Assembly: GCF_964188315.1 (NCBI RefSeq) | Contig: NC_135667.1 | Coordinates: forward strand, 11,966,001 to 12,030,000 | Source of the DNA: Podarcis muralis | Lineage: Eukaryota | DNA: 64,000 nt | Direction of reading: 5' to 3' | Part shown: positions 1-12,796 of the stretch, piece after piece | Numbering within the stretch: position 1 is the first letter of the stretch | Layout of the letters: each line of letters begins with the position of its first letter | Made by a program: the position numbers and the translations under genes | Notes under the pieces: model-generated | The model's database searches: none | What the model was told of the DNA's origin: nothing | Seen by the model: the letters and a program-made list of their open reading frames with translations, nothing else

Positions 1-1247
1 GGGAAGACCCTCTGGCTTCTTCAGCAGCCCACCTGATCTCTGTCTCTTGGTTCCCCTCCTCTCCAGCTTCCACTTCTACCCCTGATTCTGGACTGCTCTC
101 TGCCACAGCCTCTTCCTGCTCACTAAATCCTGCTGCCTCTTCAGTTTCCTACACATCCTCCTCCCAGTCTGCTTCCTCTTCTCCCTCTGACCCCTCATTG
201 TCACCCCACTACCAATCTCCTAGCTCTGAGCCTTCTTCCCCTGGAGGTTCCCTTGGGGATTCCCCAGCTGGTGCCTCCCCCAGCCAGTGAATGACATTTG
301 CCCTCTCAGCTACAGGATATCTTGCCAGGTACAGGCAAGATACACATGCTACTTAAACTAATCTATGAATGCACAGCTGCTGGTGGGCTATTTGCTTCTT
401 TCCTGCTCCAGCTATTGATGTGCTGCTGAGAGTGAAATCGTGATCTGGACAGGTGTGGCTTCTTTCTGAACCTGTCTGGTGGTTTAAGAGAAACAAAGAG
501 CAAGCAAAGAGCAATCCCTGCCATTCATGGCTCATCTAGGAGCAACCCAAGTTCAGAAGTAAAGCAAAGCCAGGCTGTTACTTAGCTCCCAGCATTGTGG
601 CAGCAGCAGGAATAAAATAGGACTAAAGCCACAATTCCCGGACTGTCCACGGGCTGGATTGAGAAGGCGATTGGGCCAGATCCAGCACCGGGCCTTAGTT
701 TGCCTACCCATGGTTTACACAGTAAACAGCCAGATGCCTATGGGAATTGTTCTAGAACCCACCATTTCAGTAGCATGTACGATCACACTGTACATTCACA
801 TTTAAACCATAGTTTGATTTAACCATGGTTTAAAATGATTATCCAATAATGTTGCAGAAGGAACTGCCAATTGAGTGTGCATTCCCAAGCAATTGTTACA
901 AATATCCTAGTATTTAGAGTTTTGTGTCGGAGAACAAAGAGAATGAATGACTAAGTGACACAACCAAGCCATAGGTTTTAAATATCACTCTGTAATATGC
1001 CAAAACCAGCCTAGAAAAAGTAATGCAAATAGGAGACTATGTTGCAATTGTTCCTATTCAATAGAGTGGGGGAAGCTATAAAACCAATAAACCCTTTAAG
1101 GATGGATACAACTCCTCACAGGAAGGAACCAAGAACATATCTCCCACCTAAAAACAACAAATTCAGAACAATAGGAAGAAAAAGTATAGTAGCAGTAAGC
1201 AATAAAATGAATGATGCAAAGATGGGGAATATATTGATTACAGTTAC

Positions 1248-1487
1248 ATAAATACGGTCATCAGAAAGTTTCTGAGATGGATGTATTTTAAAGCTGATGC
1301 TGTTTGATAATATAAAAACCTGAGATGTAATGCCAGCAATTATGAGGTCTCCTGATTGATAATATTGGTGAAGAATAGGAAGAGGGTCTAAGATGGAGCA
1401 CAGAGCAATAGAAGCCTTACACATAGCCTGTGGCAGCAACGCTAATACCAAAATAACAAATAGTACCATCTTGCAGAAAGCCTTCAT
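1248..1487 (-). CDS. V2R gene 0, exon 1 (signal peptide + start of Venus flytrap domain); rest of gene lies off the left edge; possibly frameshifted
   Basis: MKAFCKMVLFVILVLALLPQAMC...HQYYQSGDLIIAGITSQ matches exon 1 of genes A-D; donor GTAACT at 1247 falls in phase 0 instead of the phase 2 seen in A-D. Confidence 0.85.
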
Positions 1488-1682
1488 TTTTCAAAAAAAG
1501 TCATTGTTTTCCATACAGGGACCGTGATTAGCAAAGCTGCAGCGGGATGACTGCTCATTCAGCAGATGTAAAGTCAGAACTATTAAACGTAAAGAATCAC
1601 TGTTTAGACTGACAGAGTTCCATTAACCTACAGGTTCTGAATAGGATATATTAGCAACAGGTTTTAGTAGCAATTTTTTCTC

Positions 1683-1720
1683 TTCATAGTTTTGCATGTA
1701 GCTACTGGAACTCCCTAGGG
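1683..1720 (-). promoter_or_regulatory. Conserved upstream motif of V2R exon 1 (also at 14228, 25793, 36219 and inverted at 40441)
   Basis: Consensus on this strand TTCAT(A/T)GTTTT...(C/A)CTGGAA..CCTA; function inferred only from position and conservation. Confidence 0.55.
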
Positions 1721-2234
1721 ATGGGGAGAATGTATTGAAGTTATTATTATGGTTAATTGGACAATTAAACGAGAGATCACCACCTACTATTAGTTCTTGG
1801 TTCTTGACAACGTTGGAGACGAAAAACAAAAGATGTTTATCACACCTGAGCTAAACTTGTCTTGGTAATTCTTAGTGAAAGAGCAAGAAAATAACAATGA
1901 ACTACAGAGTATTGCACATGCATGAACATGTGTGTGTCAGGTTCCAGATAACAGGCCTTAAATAAAAAGTGTCAGAAGTTATTAAAAATGGCTGGATAAA
2001 GTTTTGCACACATTCCTAAATGGGGCCAATTTCTCAAACTGCCTCATATCAAAAATTGCCTATGGAAGATCAGATGGTTTTTCACCTGGCCCTGAGCTGT
2101 AAAAGATTCCCCTTCCCCGCCCTATTCTATGAAATTAAATGTATCTGTTATACAAGGGCTTTCTTGGTTTTCTCTATTTGTTGTTATAGCTTGCTCAGCT
2201 TGGTTTGGTGATCTGGGAACTCTGTGTAAAACTT

Positions 2235-2288
2235 AGAATCATAGAATTGTAGAGTTGGAAGGAACCAACAAGGGTAATCTACTCCAAC
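2235..2288 (-). mobile_element. CR1 3' end relic
   Basis: Reverse complement resembles the ...CTTCCAACTCTA(C)AATTCTATGATTC 3' end of the full CR1 at 63520-63584. Confidence 0.6.
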
Positions 2289-2478
2289 TTTTTTTCAAAG
2301 GCTTGTTTTTCCTCCTCCTGGGATAGTCAGAGCAGTAGCAATGCTAATAAATGGGTTTTAGATCTTGCCTGAATATAAACCAGTTTAATTTACACAGGCT
2401 TACTTTTAGCCAGCCGTTTTGCCAATTAACTCTGCAGGTTCTTTAAATGATCTTTGGTAGTCAGTATGAGGGAAAATA

Positions 2479-2827
2479 GGGACGCGGGTCTAAACCACAG
2501 AGCCTAGGGCTTGCCGATCAGATGGTCGGTGGTTCAAATCCCCTCGACGGGGTGAGCTTCCGTTGTTCAGTTCCAGCTTCTGCCCACCTAGCAGTTTGAA
2601 TGCATGTCAAAGTGCAAGTAGATAAATAGGTACCACTCTGGCAGGAAGGTAAACAGCGTTTCTGTGCGCTGCTCTGGTTTGCCAGAAGCAGGTTCGTCAT
2701 GCTGGCCACATGACCCAGAAGCTGTCTGCGGACAAACGCCGGCTCCCTTGGCCATTAAAGTGAGATGAGTGCGCAACCCCAGAGTTATTCATGACTGGAC
2801 CTAATGGTCAGGTGTACCTTTACCTTT
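2479..2827 (+). mobile_element. Sauria SINE
   Basis: tRNA-like head GGGACGCGGG..., shared core GTGCAAGTAGATAAATAGGTAC, (ACCTTT)n tail; homologous to 21115, 35403, 53276. Confidence 0.88.
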
Positions 2828-3651
2828 AATTAAAATATTTTTTCATTTGAACAGAATAGGAAAACCTCCTCAAACAGCAATCAACCTCCCTCCCCTCAAA
2901 CAGGAAAACCACTGCAGCCAATTTCATCAAATACAGTTGTTGTTGTTGTTATAAAGTTGTAAAGCAGGGATAGGCCACATAACCATCGGACAACCTCCTG
3001 GGAGCCAAATTGCAGTTGTGGACAGGGCCAAGGGCAAAAGTGGAAAGAACTATTTATAGCTTGCCTAGGAAACCACTGTAAGCAAATTAAAACCCTAACT
3101 GGACTCTAAGAAACACTTGTGAAGTAACGAAGATTGTGGATAATTTGGAAAAATGAAAATTGTGGAGAATGTACTGCTATGTAGTTTTAAATTCTGTTTT
3201 AAGGACCCATGTAGGGGATGGGGGAGTCACGAGATTCAGAGAATCTCACAAAATGATTATACAAACTGTTTGAATGATAAAAATAAATAAAAATATTTTC
3301 AAAAAAGTGGGAAGAGCTGCAAATTTAAATTTTACTTTTCTACAGAACTGGTTTATACACATGCTCACGCAACCCTTTCTTTCCTCTATCTAGAAAACTG
3401 AGAAGCATTATTAGACCTCAAGGACACACTGCAACCTAGCAAAAAAAGTCAAGGACGGTCAAGCAAGGTCACTGAGTGGTGTGTGGCAGGACACAGAAAT
3501 AGTCTGGGCAGAGATCCACGAGGCAGGTAAAGAATCCTGGAGGATTGTTTTGGTCCCCAAACTGATGTTCCATATCACGGTTATATATGATTTTTTACTG
3601 GGAATAAAAACAGTACATAACACCTCAGCATGACAGAGACATGTTGATTCT

Positions 3652-4553
3652 TCAATTCTTTCTTCTTATCAGTTTCTCTTTGCTGTTTAACTCTGGCCTC
3701 AGCAAAATAACAAAGCATTTAGGGAAAAAGATACAGCCCAGTAATCCAAAACTAGAGGACAAGATGGAGAAGACCTCCACTGCCACCATATATTTCCCCT
3801 TGGTACTCAGGTAGGTTGGAATAAAGGACAACCAAACACTGCAAAAGACCAACATGCTGAAGGTGATGAACTTGGCTTCATTAAAACTGTCGGGTAACTT
3901 CCTAGCCAGAAAAGCCACAGTGAAGCTGACAATGGCCAGGAAACCCATGAATCCCAGGGTACAGCAAAACATTATAGTTGAAGCTTCGTTACATTTTAGT
4001 ACAATTTCTTCAGTCATTGAGTGCATGTCAAAATCTGGGAATGGGGGAGAAGTTATCAGCCAAATCATACAAATACCAGCCTGAATAAGGGAGCAGCAAA
4101 AGACAATGCAGCTAGATAGTCTATTGCCTACCCATTTCCTCATCCTAGACCCTGGCTTGCTGGCCATGAATGCTAGGACCACAATGGTGGTTTTGGCCAA
4201 TATGCAAGAAACTGCCACTGAGAAAATCATGGCAAAAGCAGTTTGTTGAAGGAGGCACGTTAGCTGTACGGGCTGGCCAATGAACAACAAAGCAGAAGAG
4301 AAAGCGAGCAAGAGGGAGATGAGGAGAGCATAGGTGAGGTTCCGGTTGTTGGCCTTGACTATGGGAGTATCCCTGTACTTAATGAAGATTTGAAGCACCA
4401 AAGCTGTGATGAAAGCAAAGGTGAGATCAAGAGTAGCCAAACTGCTCCCCAGAGGTTCTTCATAAGACAAGAAGGTTATTTGTTTCGGAAGGCATCCATT
4501 CTGGTAAATGTTTGAATACTGGTCTCCAGGGCATTCAAAACAGTCATCCATGT
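3652..4553 (-). CDS. V2R gene A exon 6 (end of cysteine-rich domain + 7TM)
   Basis: ORF 3652..4551 with [27 protein letters not shown] class C GPCR motifs; acceptor ttttcag before 4553. Confidence 0.96.
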
Positions 4554-4756
4554 CTGAAAAAGAAAATGTTGTTTTCTATACAAGTAAGTGCCCACCCAGC
4601 AAACTTTGACTTAAAAAGTAAATGACATACTTCTCAATGGTAATATCAGACAGTATATAATCCACCTCCATACACTGTACACATTATGGAAATTAAGTTC
4701 TGGTGTGCACCTAAGAAATAGTAACATAGCTACTTAGCATAAAATAAATCTCCTAC

Positions 4757-4883
4757 CCGTCTGGTTTGAGATCTTCTCTTCTGGACATGGGAGGCAATCA
4801 TAGCAGCAAGATGGCTGCCCTTCCTTCTTGGTTCTACTATAACCTGAAAGGCACTTCTCATTGCACTCAGAAAGGGGCTTTAC
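4757..4883 (-). CDS. V2R gene A exon 5 (cysteine-rich domain)
   Basis: [42 protein letters not shown]; 127 nt; ggacag acceptor, gtagga donor. Confidence 0.93.
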
Positions 4884-5124
4884 CTGTCCATAAATGAAAG
4901 AAAAGAAGGGTTGGTAATCTGCAGCTCACATAACAACCCCATGATAGATTAAATCTACATTTATGCCATAGGTAGCTTGCCATATGGCAATGTGAGAGCG
5001 CTTTATTTGCAACAAACTCCAGTACTTCTACCATTTCTCCTACAGCTTTGTTTTCATGAAAACCATTTTGGTAAATGTTTCAACAGCACCAACTTTTAGA
5101 AGTCCAGAGTCTTATGAACTAGAA

Positions 5125-5450
5125 CAGTGTTTTTCAACCACTGTTCCGCGGCACACTAGTGTGCCGCGAGATGTTGCCTGGTGTGCCGTGGGAAAAATTG
5201 AAAAATTCGAAAGATTTAAAAATAAAGTATTTTATAATTTTTCATATTTCTGTTTACTTACTATTTCATAATAAAGTAATTATAAAATACTTTCTTTGTG
5301 TTTATTTGATTCCTATTCAAGAGAATTACTTTATATATAGTCAATATAGGCACAGACTTAAATTTTTTAACATTTTCTAATGGTGGTGTGCCGCGTGATT
5401 TTTTTCATGAAACAAGTGTGCCTTTGCCCAAAAAAGGATGAAAAACACTG
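5125..5450. mobile_element. Non-autonomous hAT (Charlie/Buster-like) element
   Basis: TIRs CAGTGTTTTTCA / TGAAAAACACTG; perfect 8-bp TSD AACTAGAA (5117, 5451). Confidence 0.88.
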
Positions 5451-6133
5451 AACTAGAAGACATTCAAGTGAAAGCTTAATAGTTCAGCTAATGCTTTTAT
5501 CATGGCGGTATTCAAGGGTACGCAGTACCAGAACCATTTTTTTCTCGAAGAAAAGCACTAAGTTCAACGTATTATATATAGAGAAACCATTAAGGTTTGT
5601 TTTGTTTTGTTTGCATTATTCATTGCCCTTTATGCAATCTCTTAGAAAACACTTGAGCTTTCAACTGAGGCTTCTTTGAACACTGGCTTTGGATCACGGT
5701 AACTGAGAGACTGATGTAAAGGAATGAGACTTGAATGTTGGCCGTAACATAGGGTAACAGTGAGTAGGATCTTCTGAATTTTTTTTAAAGCATTTTATAA
5801 ATATTCTAATCTACTGTCTTTTTGGCTTGTTTAAATCTCATAGAAACAGTGAGCTATATTTTGCAATTGTGACATCTATGCAATTAGTCTTAGGAAGCGG
5901 ACCAGACAAAACTTAGGCAAAACTACTCTTTGAATGTTTTTGTAACATGGTGGATCCATGGCAATGATCTGCTGCTGTCATTATATGGATATGCTAATTA
6001 ACAGAGCTTTGGGGGCTTCTCTGTATATTAGGGGTCAATTCAACACATTCTATACCTTTCCTGCAATATAAATATCCCTCTAGCTATTTTTATACAATAC
6101 TATTAAAGCCTACCCCGTTCCTGGTTCCATGTG

Positions 6134-6136
<3 letters not shown>

Positions 6137-6188
<52 letters not shown>

Positions 6189-6200
6189 TAATAATAATAA
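6137..6200. repeat. (TAA)n microsatellite
   Basis: Direct reading. Confidence 0.9.
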
Positions 6201-7330
6201 TTTATTATTACGGTCAAAGACCAGTTCAAGAAGCACAATTGAGACTACTTTCATAAAAGTGAAATAGACATTTAAAACAGTATACAATAACACCTTATAG
6301 ATTAAAATTGAAATAGTCGCATGTACATGAAAAGACCTAAAATTAGACAAACATGCAGATTGACCCTGGGACACCCAGGAGGTCAGCTATGGCAGTTTTC
6401 CGGGGGGTGTTCTGCATCTACAAATCTGTACGCAAAATCTGGCGACCATCCAGGTCGCCTTGTGATTTTTGCCTAACAGGAGAAAATTGAGTTTTGGCTT
6501 GTCCAGAAGGTCAGTAAGCCTTACCAGATGGGGGTCGATGGTATCTCTACTGCCTCATCGTAAAAAGGACATCTAAAAAATAAGTGTTCAGGGCTTCCTA
6601 TTTCCCCTAATGGGCAGGCGCAAAGTCTCTGGGTGTACGGGACTTTTCCAAAAGATACTTCCAGAACCGGCAAGGGCAGAGCCAAACTTTTGGCGAGAGT
6701 AAAGGCCCTTCTTGCATTTCTGGATACAAGGAAATGGAGGTATGCTGCTGGGACAGTGACATATCTCTCGTGCTCTGCAATTATGTAATCAGGGGACCTC
6801 AAGCAGTCCTGCTGTCTCTCTATGACCATAATTCTTTGTCTGACCACGGATCTTACTTGATCCAATCCCAAATTTAAGATGGCTTGAGGAGCAAGACCCA
6901 ATTTCTGCAGAGAGTTCAGGACCGCCATCTGCCAGCCAGACTGGAAACGATCACAAAGAATCAGTGGAGCTATACCTTGGGGGAGCAATTTCAATGTCAA
7001 CCACTATAGACTGATGTTAAGCTAATATGAGCCTTGACTCTCATCATCCCCATTTCTAATCTAATCCGTGCATTTGAAACGCATCTGGGGACTTGTAAGA
7101 GGGCTCTGAGAAATTTAGATTGAACTCTCTCAAGAAGAGTGAAAGAAGAGGATGGTGGGCCCAAAAAGGATCCATAATGGAGCTGTGCCAATGTTTTGGC
7201 CTTATATAATTTTAGGGCCTTATATAATTTTACTTCTAAGAAATTTGAGGATACAGTTACCAGATATTTCCCTAGCACTCCCGATGGAATTAATATGAAT
7301 TTTATTGGTTCCTGAGGCCTGGACCGCCAC
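6196..7330 (-). mobile_element. 3' fragment of a non-LTR retrotransposon (RTE-X/Vingi-like ORF2 C-terminus)
   Basis: LERVQSKFLRALLQVP..SNARIRLEMG and terminal CAC..EHLFFRCPFY CCHC knuckle; ends AATAAA plus (TTA)n; clade assignment tentative. Confidence 0.65.
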
Positions 7331-8109
7331 TCCTAGATACTTATAGTTCAAAACTTGTGGGTATTTTAGAAATCATCTGCACAAATCTGCGTGAAACTGT
7401 TTAAAAATTCACTCATGGCTTCTCTTGTTTGCTTTAAAAATTATTTACAGCCATTTATAAGTTATTTGATTTCAACTTACAATGTATTTTATATACATTG
7501 CTATATATAATTCATTCTATCAGTCATGGGATGTCATCAAGACCTGCAAGTCCCTGAAGATTTGCTTTCTTCTCTAGACATGGGAAAGCAGAACTGCCAT
7601 GCATTAGGCAGTCACATGTTGGTGACTGTAGCTGCTTTTTAGAAAGAAAAAGAAAAGAAATACAGGCAGTTATCCAACATCATATGTGAGACATAAGGTA
7701 AGTGGTTCATCTGGCTATTCTGAAGACCAGTTGCTGGAAACTACAGGAAGGGAGAGTGTTATTGTGTGAAAGTCCTCTTTCTAGCTTCTCATAAGCATCT
7801 GGCTGGCCACTGTCAGAACAAGATGCTGGACTAGATGGGCCATTGGTCTGATGCTGCTGACTTATAGGTCCTTCCATTATGATTTGTTTTCACTGGATTT
7901 CTGCCCCCTAGCTATACCATGTTGATCCCCATATGCCCCCAACACTATTATAATATCTTATTTTGGTGGTAATTTTGATTAGTGTAATGGCTTTATATTT
8001 CCATAGCTACATCTAGTTTGATCTGAGAATCAATGCTTTAATCTATTACAGTGAAATTGCTATGGCCCACTGGAAAAAATATCAGCGGACTTTCTGAAAT
8101 GGAACTTAC

Positions 8110-8337
8110 CTGGTTAAATCTCTCTGGCCACATGATGGCATCATCAGGAATGGTTAACCACTCGTCCAGAGGAGCCTGGGAATCCAGCGTTCCAACTTTG
8201 ACTCTAAGAAATGACTCGTTTGGGAATGTGATCCAGTTGATAATATCAAATCCAGATACTAATTGTCCATTTTGGTCAAATGAAACTTCTTCTCCAACAC
8301 TATTATTAAATGATACACTTCTCAGAATGTGGTGGAG
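8110..8337 (-). CDS. V2R gene A exon 4
   Basis: LHHILRSVSFNNSVGEEVSFDQNG...FDIINWITFPNESFLRVKVG...WPERFNQ; 228 nt; GT-AG. Confidence 0.93.
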
Positions 8338-8438
8338 CTATATAGGAAGTGGGAGATAATTCACGAATATGTGCCCAAACACAATGACATTGTGATTATA
8401 TTTCATGATTGATATAATGGTTTGTTTTCTGTTTAAAA

Positions 8439-8475
<37 letters not shown>

Positions 8476-9459
8476 CCCTTCTTAGATAATTGAGGTTGCT
8501 GAAAGAGGGGGAGATATTTATGGGTATATAAAAAGGGTGATAGTGTTGATTCTTTTAAGCAATATGATCTACTTGAATGTTCATTTGTTTTTATTTCCAA
8601 AACGAACCTCAAAGGTCAAACAGGACATTCTTTCAGATAGATGGGCCCTAAGCTTTTTAGGGTGCTACTCTCTGGATATGACCAGAAGTAAGTAAAATGT
8701 TTGTGAACATTTTTCAGAAGCCGAACATCCGATGGCTTGAGTGCAGGAAGCTCCTGCAGCCAAGTGGAAGCCGCACCTTGGTTTTTGAACAGTTTTGGGA
8801 GTCGAACAGACTCCTGGAATGGATTAAGTTTGAGAACCAAGGTACCACTGCATTAGTTTCCTATAAAGCCATAAATGGTTCAGGGATCTCAATATCTCAA
8901 GGACCGCCTCTTCACATATGAACCAACCCAGACCCTGCACTCATCATGGTAGACCCTACTTCTTGTGCCCACTCTATGAGAGGTCCAGAGGGTGGCAACA
9001 GAAGAACAGGAGTTTTCTGCAGTATTCCCTGTCTATTGAACACTCTCCTCAGTTTTGCTCACCTGGCACCATCACTATATATCTTTAGGAGCCAGCAGAA
9101 AACTGTCCTCTGTAACCACACATTGGGCCTTGAACTATCTGTGGCCTTTTAGAAGTGGGTGAGATATTTTTAATGTATTTCTTTTTCCTCTTGGTTTTAA
9201 TGTGTCTATGTGGGGTTTATTGGATATTTGTTTGGTTGTAAGTTGCTTTGGGTTGCCTTGAGCATGATAGAGTTGTTGGCAATTTTAATAAATAATAATA
9301 ATAATAATAACCCTTTAGCACAATATTTAGGGCTTCTTCACTTTCCTGGAATGTTTTCAAGAAACCAGGGCTGACTTCATATGAATTATGATATCACGGT
9401 ACCCTATAACTAGCCAGATTTAGCAACAAACATCTGTATTATTTGGAATAGAACTTTAC

Positions 9460-10320
9460 CTGCCATGGCTGTTGATTCAAAAGTTCCCACCTTACTGTAC
9501 CTGCCATTCCTCTGTATTTTAATTTGGTGGAAAGCATGGTGTGCAAAGCATGTGCCACAACATATACAGAATTGTAGATGCTGTAGCTGTGGGCTGTCAT
9601 GCTCATTTCAAAAACAGACCCAGGAAGGCTTTCGATATTCTCCTCCCCAGTGCAGATCTGTTCGTCTTTCTCCTCCAAAGTAGGATCAGTAAAATGACAA
9701 TGAAATGCCTCTTCCCAGAAAAGCCTGACAAAGCCATCTTCTTTTTCCAAGATTGGGTTTCTCATCTGAATAAATTTCTGGAATCCTAGAAGGTCCCTAG
9801 AATGAACTGCAAAGGCTAGGGCACCGTGGAGGAAAGCTATGTCCCAACCTCTTTGAATGGGAAAGGATGTGAAGTCCATCTGAGCTGTCATAATCCAGAC
9901 TTTTGCCTTGCCTTCTATTTTTATGCCATTTGCTTCTGCAAGTGTGGGCATCATTCTCATTACCATAATTGTATGAATTTCACCATTCACAACTACAACA
10001 TTTGTGGTGCTTCCCACAACAATGCTGATTGTTTTAGAACCTTCCTCCACCAGGTCATCCAAATCATCAGAAAAGGATACCTTAGGAAAACTTTCTATAA
10101 AATCAAAGCAGATGCCCTTCTCGGCAAACATGGGAAGAACGTTTTGTACAAATCTGTCTCCAGTGTCATCGTAGAGAAAAAGCACGCCAATCCACATCCA
10201 ACTGAAATGCAGCAGTAGCTGGACGATCCCCTCATATTGTTGAACCCCATCTGGAAATATTTTATGGAAGAAAACCGCTTGCATGTCTTTATTCAAAATA
10301 GGAGAAGAGCCATAGATGAG
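9460..10320 (-). CDS. V2R gene A exon 3 (Venus flytrap domain)
   Basis: LIYGSSP...HFSWMWIG...KVWIMTAQMDF...QPWQ; 861 nt; ORF 9439..10296. Confidence 0.95.
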
Positions 10321-10491
10321 CTAAAGACGGTCATTTTTATAAAGAGATAGGGAAAGGAGATACCAAATGTTGAGATCCAAATACCAAATAAACTCAAAAC
10401 AAGATTTCAACTTTCAGTTAATGAGTATCGATTGACAGGGGCTATTCAATTTGTTATTTATTTATGTTGATTTGGAATCTGCAGATATAGA

Positions 10492-10928
10492 CAGTGCTTT
10501 TTTTCTTAATAAATGTTTAGGGGTACTCTCATTTTGACTTAAGAAAATCACCATTTTATAGTTCAAATTGGGGGAAATAAATACTGTTAATGGGCAAAAG
10601 TATAAAGAACATGCACCACCTCATGTTACACAGCTGACAGCTCACAATAACTTCCACATTGGCAAGAGGTTGTGTGCACTAACATCTGCCCTACTTACAA
10701 CTCCCACTTCACATATTAAACTCTCACTTTCATCTGAGACTCAGGAAATACCATGACAGGAAAAGATGCCACCATTGGGGGTAGCAACGGAACTGATGAT
10801 TCAACGTATTAGAGAAGAAACTAACTTTTTAAAAATAACAACAACAACAACAATTTCTTCTCCCATTAGATTCACAAAATGTTTAGGGGCATGCATACAC
10901 CTGTGTCCTCCCAGAAAAAAAAGCACTG
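10492..10928. mobile_element. Non-autonomous hAT element
   Basis: TIRs CAGTGCTTTTTTT / AAAAAAAGCACTG; perfect 8-bp TSD GATATAGA; related copy at 40973. Confidence 0.85.
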
Positions 10929-11019
10929 GATATAGATGAATGAATTTGCAAGAATAAATAAAAACATGTTGCTATATGGAATTTAGTGGGACAACATCAA
11001 AATTTCATATCTGGAGCTC

Positions 11020-11798
11020 TGGGTGGGTGATGGCAGCATGGCGCAGCCATGGTGGGTTCTGAGAGGCCACCATCTTCTGGCATGGCCAGGGGAGGAGTTG
11101 GTCACCTGGTGCCAGCCTACTGCTGGCTGCATCAGTTTTGCCAATATGGGTGGGCAGGGCCCACAAGGCCAATCAGTGGCAGGGGCTTGGGAGCTGCGCC
11201 TAGCCCACCCCTGGCCTATTTAAGGGAGCAGCCAGATGTAGGGCACCCTCTTGGCTGATCGTCTCTGGAATTTTCACCTACCTAGTCTGTTAGGGGTTCA
11301 CTGTGTGGGTGAGCAGGAGAGTTGCATATGGACCTTGCTATGGTTTACTCAATCACCATATTGAAGGCTATGGAGGAGTTTCCCCCTGCCAGCAAATTGG
11401 CCAGCTTGCAGGATTTCACCTACTTCATAACAATCATCACAACTTTGGCAGAGAAGGCACTAGGCTGGATTCTTAGTCACAGGGATAACCCATTAGAGGG
11501 GTCTAGGAGTGGTGACTCTGTCCAGGAGTCCACTGGGAGACTGATGGGCCAATACACCTCTCCCAATGGCAGTCTGTGTGGGGTTGTGGCACCTAATCCA
11601 CGTTGCAATCGACTCCCCAACACAAGGTCAATGCCACCAGATTCATATCAGGTAGCAGGTGGACTGCCTGATGCTGGACACACGCCCAATGCCTTAGCCA
11701 AATCTACTCTGTCCTGGAATCAATAAAGCTGTGACCTAATGCAACCCAATACCAGTCTACTGTGTCCATTCTTGTGGCTCTCCCTGGAGCTGCCACAG
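11020..11798 (+). mobile_element. Probable solo LTR
   Basis: GC-richer block with TATTTAAG (~11217), AATAAA (~11722) and terminal ...GCCACA; no TSD confirmed. Confidence 0.4.
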
Positions 11799-12279
11799 CT
11801 GTTATGTGCCTGTAACAGCAAACCATTGTGGAATTATTTCATGCTTGATCTACATGTTTAGTCCATATAATGTCTCCACAGTTCATATGATTCTTCATTA
11901 TAATGTTCAATGAGGAATGATTCCATATGTTCTGTCTACATGGGGATGCTTCAGTATTTGCATGTCCTTCAATAATTTATGGAGCCAAGTTAGAAAAATC
12001 TCCCACTGCCTATTTTTTGCCTGAACTCTGACTTTTGCCAATTTCTCTTGCAACCAATTGGAAGCTGCGCCTCGGCTTTCAAAGGTTTCAGAAGCTGAAC
12101 GGGCTTCCAGAATGGGTTATGTTTGACAACTGAGATTTGACTGTGCCTTCATTTGCTGGTCCTCTAAATCTCAAACATGGTGAATCCCTCATTCATTCAA
12201 GTACCCACATTGAGTCTGATTATATTTGTAATTGGCTTCCTTATGACCCATCAGTAATAAACCCAAGTACACATCTTAC

Positions 12280-12571
12280 TTGTGGCATCTTGTAGATGCA
12301 GAGGATTGTTGCCATGTCAAGGCCTACTTCAGAGTTCGATCCTCCAATGACTGCAACTGGGGTGTCCAGCACATCACACTTGTAGTTAGGGATGAGTCGC
12401 CCTTGTCTAGAGAGAAGTTCCATGGAGGCTTGATAGGTCCAGCTTGCACTGAAATGGCTATTATAAATGTGAAATCCTAGAGTGACGTTGGGTAAGATTT
12501 GGGGATTTCCACTGATCTCTTTTACAGCAAATGCCATGGCCAGGATATGCTGGTAGAGATGTGTCATTGGC
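12280..12571 (-). CDS. V2R gene A exon 2
   Basis: [33 protein letters not shown]...YKMPQ; 292 nt; GT-AG. Confidence 0.95.
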
Positions 12572-12660
12572 CTGCAATGATAACTACATATTAAACAACA
12601 GCGCATCTTCATGAATCGTAGAATTGTAGAGTTGGAAGTGACCCTGAGAATCATTTAGCC

Positions 12661-12796
12661 CAGTGATTCTCAAACCTGAGTCTCCATCTGTTTCTGAACT
12701 ACAATTCCCATCATCCCTGAAAACTGGTCCTGCTAGCTAGGGATGGTGGGTGTTGTAGCCCCAAAACAGATGGAGACCATTGTCTGAGAACCACTC
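12661..12796. mobile_element. URR1-like hAT MITE nested in a CR1 3' relic
   Basis: Palindromic internal arms; 8-bp TSD ATTTAGCC (12653, 12797); flanks continue the CR1 tail sequence. Confidence 0.8.

Noticed and set aside
1-560. Pyrimidine-rich block at the window start and the 60-aa ORF 353..535
   Set aside because: Probably part of a repeat cut by the window edge; no motif or termini I can verify
2479-2560. tRNA-like A/B boxes (also 29050, 37370, 53280)
   Set aside because: SINE heads followed by SINE bodies, not tRNA genes
3854-4084. Antisense ORFs over exon 6 (also 16076, 28233, 51149, 56028) and over exons 3 and 4 (8051, 9465-10218, 18214, 30368, 47153, 57858)
   Set aside because: Shadow frames of V2R coding strands; they recur only because the sense sequence is conserved
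6090-6374. ORFs with poly-Y, poly-I, poly-L or SL runs (also 22621, 29732, 38560, 38591, 42216, 42240)
   Set aside because: Translations of microsatellites
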